A stretch of DNA of 64,000 bases. Origin: a bacterium. GTDB lineage: Bacteria; Bdellovibrionota_B; Oligoflexia; Oligoflexales; CAIYRB01. The notes below the pieces were generated by a model. That model did no database searches and was not told the origin of the DNA. It worked only from the letters and a program-made list of their open reading frames with translations. A program made the position numbers and the translations under genes. Each line of letters begins with the position of its first letter. The first letter of the stretch is position 1. Below, one piece after another: positions 8,722 to 17,763 of this stretch. The stretch covers positions 10,206 to 74,205 of the forward strand of contig OMIY01000382.1 in the NCBI GenBank assembly GCA_900299215.1, given 5' to 3'.

Positions 8722-9852
8722 ATGCGAGTAGATCACGACGATGATTCCCAAGTGACTGAGACCACGCAGGCGGACCTTGCGTCCCGCCGGCGATCCTTTG
8801 GGGTGAAGCTTCAACAGTTGCGGTCTCAACATGGCGTTAGTGTTGCTGCATTGGCCGAAATTACGCGAATCAGCCAAGTCTTCATTGAAGCCTTGGAAGC
8901 CGGTGCTATGGAGCGATTGCCTGGAAGGGTTTTTGGTCGAGGCTTCGTGCAAAACATAGCTAAAAACTTCGGTGAAGATCCGGAGCCATGGCTTGCCGAA
9001 TTTGCGGATGTCTGGGAGTCCACTTCAGTTCCCTCGGTGCTGAAGGTGCAGATCAAGAATAAGCCCACCAAAGATTTTTCCGATCGATTTCAGCCAATTG
9101 CCGCGCAATTAACCAGCCTGGCCCGCCGTGGCGAAATTGTTAAGATTGCATTACCAATTCTTGCCATCGTAATCGTTGGCTATCTTAGCGTCAGTCGCTC
9201 GCTGGTTCAGAACGCATGGCGGAATTTCAGTAGCCGCCATGCGGCAACCATTGTGAAGGCCAAGCCGCTCGATTTGAGGCCTGTCGATACCAATCAAAAT
9301 GTCAACGAAGGCTCCGCAGCACCAGAAGTTGGACCAAGCGTAGTTGCAAGTTCCTCTACCTTAGGGGCACTAGAAGCTCCAAAACCAACTGAAACCAAAG
9401 GTAAATTTACTTCTGGTGTCAAAGAGGAACAAATTGCTCCTGGAGCCGGAGTGAAAAATACGTCCTCCTCAAGCTCGGACGCGGCTTTAGTCGCAAAGCC
9501 CGCCACCGCCAAGTCGACTCAGGATGCAACGGTTACTACAAACATTAAAGCGGTCGAAAAAGAGACTAAGCAAACAGTGGTGGCCACCACTGAGGGGCAG
9601 CAGCAGCTGGTGATTGCTGTAACAGAGCCGGTTCGAATCAAACTTGACGTGGATCAAGGACCATCAGTTACCAGGGAATTACAGCCTGACACCTATAAGT
9701 TTGGGTTCAATAAGAAAGCAGACATGCTGATCTATGATGCAGCAGCCGTTCAAATAAGTTTCAACGGCAAAGCTCTTGGTACTTTGGGCAATAAAGGGCG
9801 CGTTCGACGCCTTAGCTTTCAAAACCAGGTTCCGCAATCCAAGTCTATGTAA
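8722..9852 (+). CDS. rodZ: RodZ-like cytoskeleton protein (HTH, TM segment and DUF4115-like C-terminus)
   Basis: N-terminal XRE-type HTH (LRSQHGVSVAALAEITRISQVFIEALE), one TM helix (IALPILAIVIVGYL), a low-complexity linker, and a C-terminal beta-domain (VRIKLDVDQGP...ISFNGKALG). Confidence 0.75.
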   Translation: MRVDHDDDSQVTETTQADLASRRRSFGVKLQQLRSQHGVSVAALAEITRISQVFIEALEAGAMERLPGRVFGRGFVQNIAKNFGEDPEPWLAEFADVWESTSVPSVLKVQIKNKPTKDFSDRFQPIAAQLTSLARRGEIVKIALPILAIVIVGYLSVSRSLVQNAWRNFSSRHAATIVKAKPLDLRPVDTNQNVNEGSAAPEVGPSVVASSSTLGALEAPKPTETKGKFTSGVKEEQIAPGAGVKNTSSSSSDAALVAKPATAKSTQDATVTTNIKAVEKETKQTVVATTEGQQQLVIAVTEPVRIKLDVDQGPSVTRELQPDTYKFGFNKKADMLIYDAAAVQISFNGKALGTLGNKGRVRRLSFQNQVPQSKSM

Positions 9853-9875
9853 TTACAGTATAAATTTTAACATCG

Positions 9876-9901
9876 GGCGCCGCAATTGCGGCGCCTTTTT
9901 G
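9876..9901 (+). terminator. Rho-independent terminator of rodZ
   Basis: GGCGCCGC-AATT-GCGGCGCC, a perfect 8-bp GC stem, followed by TTTTTG. Confidence 0.9.
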
Positions 9902-9919
9902 TATTAGTGATGGCCTAGC

Positions 9920-10161
9920 TAAAGTTTCCCCTGGAAGCTCCGAAGATAAGTTTGAAGGTGCAAACCTCGCAGGGAATAGTGGGACGAAGCTTGAGGGTCA
10001 AGTTGACCTGAGCTTCTACGGGGATGGAATGGATACTTTGGTATCCAAGGAATTGTGCGGGCCTATGATGGGCCAAATTGCCATGAGGGCGATTTAAGAT
10101 CTCCTAACTTACTACCCTCTGAATCCCAACGGCTCAAATCATGTTCGGGCCGTTGGGTTTT
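9920..10161 (+). ncRNA. Candidate standalone c-di-GMP-I (GEMM-I)-like riboswitch RNA (merRNA-like)
   Basis: GCAAACC (9960-9966), a 12-nt gap, then GUGGGACG-AAGC (9979-9990). A strong hairpin GAAGCU...GGUCAA-G-UUGACC...AGCUUC spans 9986-10016. ACGGGG at 10018-10023. These mirror the GGCAAACC / GUGGGACGCAAAGC / AGCGGGG cores of GEMM-I. A TAAAGTTT box lies at 9920-9927 and a terminator at 10125-10161. No credible ORF follows. Confidence 0.45.
10125..10161 (+). terminator. Intrinsic terminator-like hairpin inside the rodZ-panC intergenic region
   Basis: CCCAACGGC (10125-10133), a 15-nt loop, GCCGTTGGG (10149-10157), then TTTT. Confidence 0.6.
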
Positions 10162-10311
10162 AGCTTTTGGCGGCAATCGCCATGTTCCAGCCTGGTATGA
10201 GGGCGCAAAAGGCCGCAAGCTGATTGTCATAATCTGGTGTCTGCTGTACTGATACATGATTGTTTTAAGCAACAGGCATTACATTCAATGACTCTTATGA
10301 GAGTGTGAGAG

Positions 10312-11163
10312 ATGTTACCTTCCACCCTAATTTCCATCGCAGACTTAAAAGCCCGTCGGGACACCTGGGCAGCTGAAGGGCACCGATTGGCCTTTGTTCC
10401 AACAATGGGTGCTTTGCACGAGGGGCATCTCAGTTTAGTACGGGCAGCAAAGTCCGCTGCTGACCGCGTCATTGTTAGTATCTTTGTCAATCCGACTCAA
10501 TTCGCACCAAGCGAGGACTTGTCCAAATATCCCAGGACGATCAGTGCCGATTTGGAGCTGCTTGCAAGCGAAGCTGTTGACGCAGTATTTCTGCCAAATG
10601 ATACCACGATGTATCCAGAGGGTTTTCAAACCTTTGTGCATGGTAAGGGTATGGCTCTGCAATTAGAGGGTATATCGCGTCCACATCACTTTGAGGGTGT
10701 GCTCACTGTAGTCTTGAAATTGTTTAATCTAGTTCAGCCCGACATAGTTTTCTTCGGTAAAAAAGACTACCAACAGTGGCGACTCATCTCTCAAATGGTT
10801 ACGGATCTCAATCTCCCAGTTAAAGTAATTGGGTGTGAGACTGTCAGAGAATCCGACGGGCTAGCAATGAGTAGCCGAAATCGATATTTGTCTGGTTCGG
10901 AAAGACCCATTGCGGCTGCGATTTTTCAGGGTCTGGATGCAGCACGCCAACTTTATCGTCAAGGTGAGCGGTCAACAAGTAAACTGCTTGCTGCTTGCCA
11001 TTCTCAGATCACGGCTCATCCAGAACTCCTGCTTGAATACATTGAGATTAGGAGACGTCGCGATTTGAATGCTTTTGAAACTGATTTAACCGAGGAAGCG
11101 GTGCTTTTGCTTGCGGCAAAATTAGGAAAAACCCGTCTCATCGACAATATTGAACTGGATTAA
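10312..11163 (+). CDS. panC: Pantoate--beta-alanine ligase
   Basis: FVPTMGALHEGHLSLV, VSIFVNPTQF, FFGKKDYQQ, GLAMSSRN. Confidence 0.95.
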   Translation: MLPSTLISIADLKARRDTWAAEGHRLAFVPTMGALHEGHLSLVRAAKSAADRVIVSIFVNPTQFAPSEDLSKYPRTISADLELLASEAVDAVFLPNDTTMYPEGFQTFVHGKGMALQLEGISRPHHFEGVLTVVLKLFNLVQPDIVFFGKKDYQQWRLISQMVTDLNLPVKVIGCETVRESDGLAMSSRNRYLSGSERPIAAAIFQGLDAARQLYRQGERSTSKLLAACHSQITAHPELLLEYIEIRRRRDLNAFETDLTEEAVLLLAAKLGKTRLIDNIELD

Positions 11164-13655
11164 TGATTGTGGGAAATCAGCCAACTCTTTCAAGTCTTCC
11201 TCTAAGGTGGTTACGTAAAATCCAAAGTCTATGGGTTAAGACAAAGGTAGCGCCTGCGTCCCCAGCAAGTGAACTCGGCCTCAAACCTGGTGTTCCTGTA
11301 TGTTACGTACTTCCGTCTCGGTCACTTTCGGATCTTTTGGTTTTGCAGGAATTGTGTGAGCGTCACGGTTTGCCAATGCCGGAAGCAAACAAAGTGTCCG
11401 TAGATAAGGCGGGTTCCGCATTTTATATTTATCTACACAAGGTTGGTTTACTGCAGGTCGATAGAGAGAGTGGAAAAGAGCCGCCATCACCGCTATCTAA
11501 ATTAATCGAGATGGCAGAGAAGAATCCAAATTTAGAGGTCCAACTAGTTCCAGTTGGTGTTTTTTGGGGACGTAATCCCGGTCGTGAAGAACGCTCAATC
11601 ATGCGTCTTCTCTTCTTTGATGCAGAGCACGCAGGAATCCTGCAAAAGCTTTTCATAGTTTTTGCTCAAGGTCGGAGCAATTTTGTTAATTTTGGGGCCC
11701 CGATCTCCCTGCGAAATTTAGTTGATGAGAAAGCTGGGGTGGAAGACACGGCTAAAAAACTTCGCCGAGTTTTGCGAGTTCATTTTAGACGTCAGAGAAA
11801 TACGGTTTTGGGCCCAAGCCTACCGAGTCGTGACAGTGTCGCAGCAATCTTGCTGCAGAGTAAAGCAATCCGCGATGTCATAGAGGATGAGGCAAAAAAA
11901 AGGAAAGTCCCAGCCCTAAAGGTTCAGGCAATTGCCAGACGTTACATTATGGAAATTGCCTGCGAGCAAAGTTATGCCATCGTCAGGCTGTCAGATTTGT
12001 TTTTCTCATGGCTGTGGAATCGGCTCTTCAACGGTGTTGTGATCAAGCATGCGGAGCGTTTGCGGACAATCGACCAGACTCACGAAATTGTCTATCTCCC
12101 AGCTCACAGAAGTCACTTAGATTACTTGCTTTTAGTCTACTCGATTTATCAGCTAGGACTTACGCCCCCTCACACAGCCGCAGGGATAAACTTGAATTTT
12201 TGGCCCGTTGGAGGATTTCTCCGCCGAGCTGGAGCTTTTTATATCCGACGTACTTTCAACGGAAATCGACTCTATACAGTGGTCTTTAATGAGTACGTCC
12301 ATTATTTGCTGACCCGCGGTTACTCTCTAAAATTTTACACTGAGGGTGGTAGAAGCCGTACCGGTCGATTGCTGCCGGCCAAGACTGGCATGCTGTCAAT
12401 GGTGGTTCATAGTTATCTGAGGAGCTCAGAGCGTCCGATCGCCATAGTGCCGATTTATGTTGGATATGACAAAGTAATAGAGGTTCGTACCTATCAGCAT
12501 GAGCTACGCGGGGCGAAAAAGAGAACAGAGTCTGCCGGCCAGTTAATCAAAGCGAGGCGTGTTCTCAAGACCAATTTTGGCAAGGCCTATATAAGTATCG
12601 CTGAACCGATTTACCTAAGTGATTATTTAAACAAGAAACATCCTGGTTGGGACAGTGAGAGTATTGCTAGCGGGGCAAAACCCTCCTGGATGTCACCCGT
12701 AGTCGAAAGTTTGGCAAACGAAGTATTAACTGCAATCAATGGTGCAGCTATTGTCAGCCCGGTCGCGCTCCTAGCGCTGATATTGCTTTCGACGCCAACT
12801 AAGGCAATGGCGGAAGAGGAACTCCTCTACATGATGGAGAAGTTTACCTCGTCGATGAGAGCTGCTCCCTACAGTCGCGATATCGTACTCCCTGAGGGAA
12901 GTTCGCGTGATCAGCTGGCTGAGGCTATGAACGTGGCTAAAGTTCAGCGATTCCAGCATCCAGGCGGGGACGTCATTTTTGTCGAGGAGCAAGACTCTGT
13001 GCTCCTTAACTATTACAGAAACAATATTTTGCATTTACTAGCGATTCCGTCACTAATCGCAGCATTCTTTGAATACAATGATCGGATGAAGGAAGCCACG
13101 TTAGTCAGCGCAGTTGAGCAATTTTACCCACTATTAAAGCAGGAATTTTTCCTACGATGGTCAGATGAGGCCATGGGGCGTACTGTAACCGCGATAGTCG
13201 GCACCATGGTGGATGAAGGCTTGCTCGTGCGTTCTGGTCCAGACGAGCTTTCGAGGCCCGTGGTCACAAGTAGAGATCTAACGACGCTACTAGTTCTTGG
13301 TAGATGTTTAGGTCAGCAGCTGGAAAGGTATGCGATTGCCTTCTCAATTTTGGCTAAACGTGCTGAAGCGGGTATACCGATAAGAACGGAAGACTATGCT
13401 GAGCAAGTCACCTTAATGGCGCAGCGGATAGCGATTTTAAGTGGCCTTGTCGATGCAGAATATTACGACAAGAAAATGCTGCTTAACCTAGTCGATCAGT
13501 TGATTGAGCTGGGTTATCTCGAACAAGTCGACACCGGCATACTGCGTGCAAGTTCAAGGGTTGCAAGCTTGGCAAACAATGCAGTGCTTATGCTTAGTTC
13601 AGACATTCGTGAAAGTATTCATCGCATGACCGTAGTCGCGCCTAAGAAACATTAA
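11163..13655 (+). CDS. plsB: Glycerol-3-phosphate 1-O-acyltransferase
   Basis: 830 aa; acyltransferase HRSHLDYLLL motif, FFIRR-like GAFYIRR, and YTEGGRSRTGRLL. Confidence 0.9.
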   Translation: MIVGNQPTLSSLPLRWLRKIQSLWVKTKVAPASPASELGLKPGVPVCYVLPSRSLSDLLVLQELCERHGLPMPEANKVSVDKAGSAFYIYLHKVGLLQVDRESGKEPPSPLSKLIEMAEKNPNLEVQLVPVGVFWGRNPGREERSIMRLLFFDAEHAGILQKLFIVFAQGRSNFVNFGAPISLRNLVDEKAGVEDTAKKLRRVLRVHFRRQRNTVLGPSLPSRDSVAAILLQSKAIRDVIEDEAKKRKVPALKVQAIARRYIMEIACEQSYAIVRLSDLFFSWLWNRLFNGVVIKHAERLRTIDQTHEIVYLPAHRSHLDYLLLVYSIYQLGLTPPHTAAGINLNFWPVGGFLRRAGAFYIRRTFNGNRLYTVVFNEYVHYLLTRGYSLKFYTEGGRSRTGRLLPAKTGMLSMVVHSYLRSSERPIAIVPIYVGYDKVIEVRTYQHELRGAKKRTESAGQLIKARRVLKTNFGKAYISIAEPIYLSDYLNKKHPGWDSESIASGAKPSWMSPVVESLANEVLTAINGAAIVSPVALLALILLSTPTKAMAEEELLYMMEKFTSSMRAAPYSRDIVLPEGSSRDQLAEAMNVAKVQRFQHPGGDVIFVEEQDSVLLNYYRNNILHLLAIPSLIAAFFEYNDRMKEATLVSAVEQFYPLLKQEFFLRWSDEAMGRTVTAIVGTMVDEGLLVRSGPDELSRPVVTSRDLTTLLVLGRCLGQQLERYAIAFSILAKRAEAGIPIRTEDYAEQVTLMAQRIAILSGLVDAEYYDKKMLLNLVDQLIELGYLEQVDTGILRASSRVASLANNAVLMLSSDIRESIHRMTVVAPKKH

Positions 13656-13664
13656 GAGTAGAAC

Positions 13665-14837
13665 ATGGCCAAATGGCATATGAAAGACACCGATCGTTTA
13701 GAGAAGATCGGAAAAATAAGAAAAAAATCGAGAAAAAAGACTCATGCTATAGAACCTGGAGAGACTTTCGAAAAGTCGGCTACAGACTGGTCACTAGGTG
13801 GTGACAGTGGGGCATTCGCAGCCAGAGTTGTCGAGGTGCATAAGCGCTACGCGTTTGTATCAACGGAACCAGAGCAGGGGGAAATTGATACCAAAGATGT
13901 TTGGCTTGCAGAGGTAGCGCGTAAATATCTGGTCTCAGAAAGATCTGAACGCAATTTTGTCGCAGTCGGCGACTATGTGCTATGCACTCCAGATCGCGAG
14001 CATGTGGTTAAGACTAAGGCAGATTTACCCAAATGTGTCATACAGCATTTGGCGCCTCGTCAGGCGAAGATTGCGCGTTTGGATCCTCACACTCCAGGTT
14101 TAGAGCACGTACTTGCTACAAACATGGACCAATTACTGATCGTGGCAAGCTATTTAAGCCCCAAAGTGAAATGGGGATTAATTGATCGCTATCTAGTCCT
14201 TGCTGAGTGCGAAGGTATCGCACCTATCATTGTCCTCAACAAAGCAGATTTGCTTCGAGAGGAGGGTTCTGAAGAGGAGATTGCAGAAGCCGAGGCAATG
14301 GTAAAGCTATATAAAAACATCGGTTATCCCGTGTTTTCGATACAGGCAAACTCAAGCAAAGCAAGTAAAGATGCAGCCATTATCGAGATTGGAGATCTTC
14401 TAAAAGGTAAGATTACCTTGCTTTCGGGTCACTCAGGTGTGGGCAAATCGTCTCTAGTTAATCTTTATAGACCAGAGATCGAGCAAGCAGTTGAGGAAGA
14501 CGATAATATTTTTTATAAGGGGCGTCATACGACCTCTTTCGCAAGCTTTATCAAGTTAGGAAGGGGTGGCTACGTAATCGATACACCTGGCATTCGAAGT
14601 TTCACCTTCGAAGAGAAAGGTCCGATTGAGCTTAGCCACTGCTTTGTTGAGTTTCGGCCATTTTTGGGTCAATGCAAATACCGTGAATGTCGGCACCTTG
14701 ATGAACCAGAATGTGCCATTCGCGCTGCGGTAGAGGAAGGAAGCCTCAGTAAATGGCGTTACAAGTCTTATCTGGGGATCTTGTTGGGTGCTACTGGTCG
14801 CGAGGGACGAATTCGCGATTTGCCGTTAGAAGAGTGA
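13665..14837 (+). CDS. rsgA: Ribosome small-subunit-dependent GTPase A
   Basis: Circularly permuted GTPase: VLNKADL, GHSGVGKSSLVN, DTPGIRSF, and a C-terminal zinc motif CKYRECRHLDEPECA. Confidence 0.9.
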   Translation: MAKWHMKDTDRLEKIGKIRKKSRKKTHAIEPGETFEKSATDWSLGGDSGAFAARVVEVHKRYAFVSTEPEQGEIDTKDVWLAEVARKYLVSERSERNFVAVGDYVLCTPDREHVVKTKADLPKCVIQHLAPRQAKIARLDPHTPGLEHVLATNMDQLLIVASYLSPKVKWGLIDRYLVLAECEGIAPIIVLNKADLLREEGSEEEIAEAEAMVKLYKNIGYPVFSIQANSSKASKDAAIIEIGDLLKGKITLLSGHSGVGKSSLVNLYRPEIEQAVEEDDNIFYKGRHTTSFASFIKLGRGGYVIDTPGIRSFTFEEKGPIELSHCFVEFRPFLGQCKYRECRHLDEPECAIRAAVEEGSLSKWRYKSYLGILLGATGREGRIRDLPLEE

Positions 14838-14879
14838 TACAACAAATTATAATTGAAATGAATTTACATCTTAGTCGGA

Positions 14880-16049
14880 GTGTCTGAAATGAGTTACGAG
14901 TTCGAAGATAATGAAGAGCTTAGTTTAATGCGTCATTCCGTGCGTCAGTTTGCTGAAAACGAAATTGCACCTAAAGCGAGAGAACTAGACGAAAAAGAGG
15001 AGTTTTCAATCGAGCTCACCCGGCAAATGGGTGCTCTGGGTTTATTTGGTACCGTGGTGCCCGCAGAGTATGGTGGGCAAGGCATGGACTATATTTCTTA
15101 TGTGGTTGCCGTCGAAGAGTTGGCTAGGGTGGATGGTTCTCAGGCGGCAACTATCGCTGCCCATAACAGCCTCGGAGCAGCTCCCCTATATTACTATGGA
15201 AACGAGGAACAGAAGCGCAAGTATCTTCCAAGCCTTTGTACGGGAGAAGGGTTGTGGGCGTTTGGACTAACTGAGCCAGAGGCAGGTAGCGATGCTCAGG
15301 CAAGTAAGACCACGGCAGTATTCGATGAGGCGAAACAAGAGTGGGTCATAAACGGCAGCAAGCTTTGGATCACCAATAGCGCCAGCGTGCTGACAAAGGG
15401 CATCACGGTTCAAGCAGTGACAGGCCGCTTGGCAAATGGACGGCCCGAACTTTCATGTTTTATTGTGCCGGCAGGAACACCCGGACTGACAGCGCGGGCT
15501 ATGCATGGAAAAATGATGTGGCGCGCATCCAATACTGGCGAACTTTATTTCGATAACGTCAGGGTACCGGCCAAAAATATGCTTGGGTCTCGCGGCCAAG
15601 GATTCAAGATGATGATGGAGACCTTGGATAACGGTCGTTTGTCCATCGCAGCAATGGGCTTGGGTTTAGCAAAAGGTGCTCTCGCGATGACGCTCAAGTA
15701 TGCGAAGGAGCGCCGCACCTTTGGCAAACCAATTGCTGAGCATCAGGCAGTCGGCTTTAAATTGGCTGAGATGGCGACGCGCATTGAGGCGGCAGAAAGC
15801 ATGCTCTACAAGGCTGCTTGGTTAAAACAAAACCATAAGCCGTTCCAAAAACTTGCTGCCATGGCAAAGCTCTACTGCTCAGAAGTGGCAGAATATTGTG
15901 CTCGAGAGGGCCAGCAGACTTTTGGCGGTTACGGATTAATGAAAGAGTATCCGATCGAGCGTTTTTATCGAGATGCAGCTCTTTTGCGTATTGGCGAGGG
16001 GACAAGTGAAATTCAGCGTCTCGTGATTTCGCGATATATAGGTTGCTAA
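14880..16049 (+). CDS. Acyl-CoA dehydrogenase
   Basis: GLTEPEAGSDA, WITNS, RLSIAAMGLG, QTFGGYG, and IGEGTSEIQRLVISR at the C-terminus. Confidence 0.9.
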   Translation: MSEMSYEFEDNEELSLMRHSVRQFAENEIAPKARELDEKEEFSIELTRQMGALGLFGTVVPAEYGGQGMDYISYVVAVEELARVDGSQAATIAAHNSLGAAPLYYYGNEEQKRKYLPSLCTGEGLWAFGLTEPEAGSDAQASKTTAVFDEAKQEWVINGSKLWITNSASVLTKGITVQAVTGRLANGRPELSCFIVPAGTPGLTARAMHGKMMWRASNTGELYFDNVRVPAKNMLGSRGQGFKMMMETLDNGRLSIAAMGLGLAKGALAMTLKYAKERRTFGKPIAEHQAVGFKLAEMATRIEAAESMLYKAAWLKQNHKPFQKLAAMAKLYCSEVAEYCAREGQQTFGGYGLMKEYPIERFYRDAALLRIGEGTSEIQRLVISRYIGC

Positions 16050-16050
16050 C

Positions 16051-17070
16051 GTGAGGCTTTGGCGATTGCAATTAATTCTGAGTGGCGTTACCGCTGTCTC
16101 GCTATTGTTTACTTGGGGCTGTGTAAACGACCTTTTTAGTCGACCTGCGAATTTCGATGGTAGGCCTCTTACCGTATTAAATTCGTCATTATTTAATCAA
16201 AGAACAAGTAGTCGCTTGGTTAAAAGACCCTGGAAAGGTGACTGGGTTCTTCGACGAGACCGCCTAGAGATGGTTGATCGAGATTTACGAAACGCTCAAC
16301 CTGATATCATCCTTTTTCAGGAGAGCATGGAGCGCATAGGTAGTGTTGCAGAGTCTGATAGTCGTATTCTAGGGGCCGGCTCGTTATCTGAATACGAATG
16401 GCGTCAGCAAAACATTAGCGAGTACGGCGACACCCAGGAGGCAGAGTCCATGGTGATCGCAGCTCGACCTCCTCTGAAATTTACTCTCAAAACTGACGGA
16501 CGTGGTGAGACATGGACGATGGGAGGTGGTGGTTTTTTAATGACAGCCACCCTAGATTTCGAGAGTCAGCCAGTCGTTGTATTTAACGTACAGATGCCAC
16601 CCGCTAACGCCGGTGGATACGTTTGGTATACGTTTGTCCAAGAACGCATCCTCGCAAAAATGAGGAAGGAGCAAATCTGTCCTAAAAGGTTAGTAGTTGG
16701 TGGCTATCTACCAGGAGATGAAACAAATAAACGGTTCGCAGAGTTTGTAAAGACGCTACAGTTGAGGGATTCGTCAGCGGGATTTTGTCAGGTCGCGGCG
16801 CGTTGTTTTACAGCTACTCCTATCAATGACATTTTCATGGCTACAATCGGTGAAGAGGCGCCTGCTAGAGTGGACAAAATCTTTGTACATTCATCTGCAA
16901 ATATTTTTTCTAGTGGTCGATTTTTTGAAGACTCTGATGCTACTGACCACTATATCCGTGAGTTTGGAATAAGCAAATTATGGCCTACTCAGCGCTTTGG
17001 ATGGAAAACTCAGCTTCGTATGGCGCGTTGCACAAGTTCAGAAATTGAGCAATACCAACAGATTCTTTAG
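16051..17070 (+). CDS. Putative endonuclease/exonuclease/phosphatase-family lipoprotein
   Basis: Lipobox LFTWGC; PDIILFQES (the D-I-x-x-x-Q-E motif of the EEP fold); a distal TDHY in place of SDH. The assignment is weak. Confidence 0.45.
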   Translation: MRLWRLQLILSGVTAVSLLFTWGCVNDLFSRPANFDGRPLTVLNSSLFNQRTSSRLVKRPWKGDWVLRRDRLEMVDRDLRNAQPDIILFQESMERIGSVAESDSRILGAGSLSEYEWRQQNISEYGDTQEAESMVIAARPPLKFTLKTDGRGETWTMGGGGFLMTATLDFESQPVVVFNVQMPPANAGGYVWYTFVQERILAKMRKEQICPKRLVVGGYLPGDETNKRFAEFVKTLQLRDSSAGFCQVAARCFTATPINDIFMATIGEEAPARVDKIFVHSSANIFSSGRFFEDSDATDHYIREFGISKLWPTQRFGWKTQLRMARCTSSEIEQYQQIL

Positions 17071-17666
17071 TTTGTTGGTATTGCAACACCCAAGGCGATT
17101 TCTAGACCAGCAAGTCTTGTGCTGTTGACGCCCCGCCAACGATCAATCCGAAGATTTAGCATCGTTCTTTCACCCACCATTCGTATTAATTGCGCAAAAA
17201 TTCCGGCCCCGATTTCGGCGGGATAAATGGGATCTCGAAGCGGAGGAAGCTTGCCGCTCTTGGATGGTAAAAGGTAAGAAATCTTCATTCCCAGCGAGCC
17301 GTAAAAAGGATGAGAGATGCGAAAAACTCTTCCAGATTCATGATTCAAAGCAAATATGGCTAGCGTTCGACTTGGCGCTTGGCGGTCTGGTAGGCTTGCT
17401 CGATCCAGAGTCCTCAGTCCGACGCCTAAAGCCATTAGCCATTCCGAATTGACTACATGGATGTAGCTTATATTGCTCTGAATACTTCCAGGTCTTAGGC
17501 TAAGCTGAGTCCATGATTCAGGATAGTTCCGAGTAAATTCAAGGCGGACGTAAGACTTGTGTAGGGGGGACGGCTCAGATTGAAGACTACCTTCAGCGAA
17601 ACAGTCATTTGGAATGATAAGTATTAACATCAAGCAAAACTGAATCAGCCGCACTATGAACCTCAT
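17067..17666 (-). CDS. Hypothetical secreted protein
   Basis: Start moved to the internal ATG at 17666, giving the signal peptide MRFIVRLIQFCLMLILIIPNDCFA. The longer track ORF (to 17822) would overlap the divergent gene at 17764. Confidence 0.45.
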   Translation of the reverse strand: MRFIVRLIQFCLMLILIIPNDCFAEGSLQSEPSPLHKSYVRLEFTRNYPESWTQLSLRPGSIQSNISYIHVVNSEWLMALGVGLRTLDRASLPDRQAPSRTLAIFALNHESGRVFRISHPFYGSLGMKISYLLPSKSGKLPPLRDPIYPAEIGAGIFAQLIRMVGERTMLNLRIDRWRGVNSTRLAGLEIALGVAIPTN

Positions 17667-17763
17667 TTTTAAATTAATATCTATCAATTGAGTTTGCGGT
17701 TCCAGAGAATAATCGCATACCATAATCGCATTATAATCAGGATTTTCGCTGAGGTGTCGCGAC

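Noticed and set aside
9901-10311. Tested the long rodZ-panC intergenic region for RNase P RNA, tmRNA, SRP RNA, cobalamin, TPP and ZTP riboswitches
   Set aside because: None of the diagnostic cores is present on either strand (GGAAAGUCCGGGC / ACAGAAnnCGGCUUA; a tRNA-like 3' end with GGUUCAACUCC; the GGAAGCAGCC SRP loop; the B12 box; CUGAGA...ACCUGAUCUGGAUAAUGCCAGCG; CCGCCUGGGC). Only the GEMM-I-like cores fit.
10055-10490. ORFs 10055-10252(+), 10063-10272(-) and 10227-10490(-) in or around the intergenic region
   Set aside because: They overlap each other on opposite strands, have no RBS or recognisable domains, and the last runs antisense into panC. I treat them as noise.
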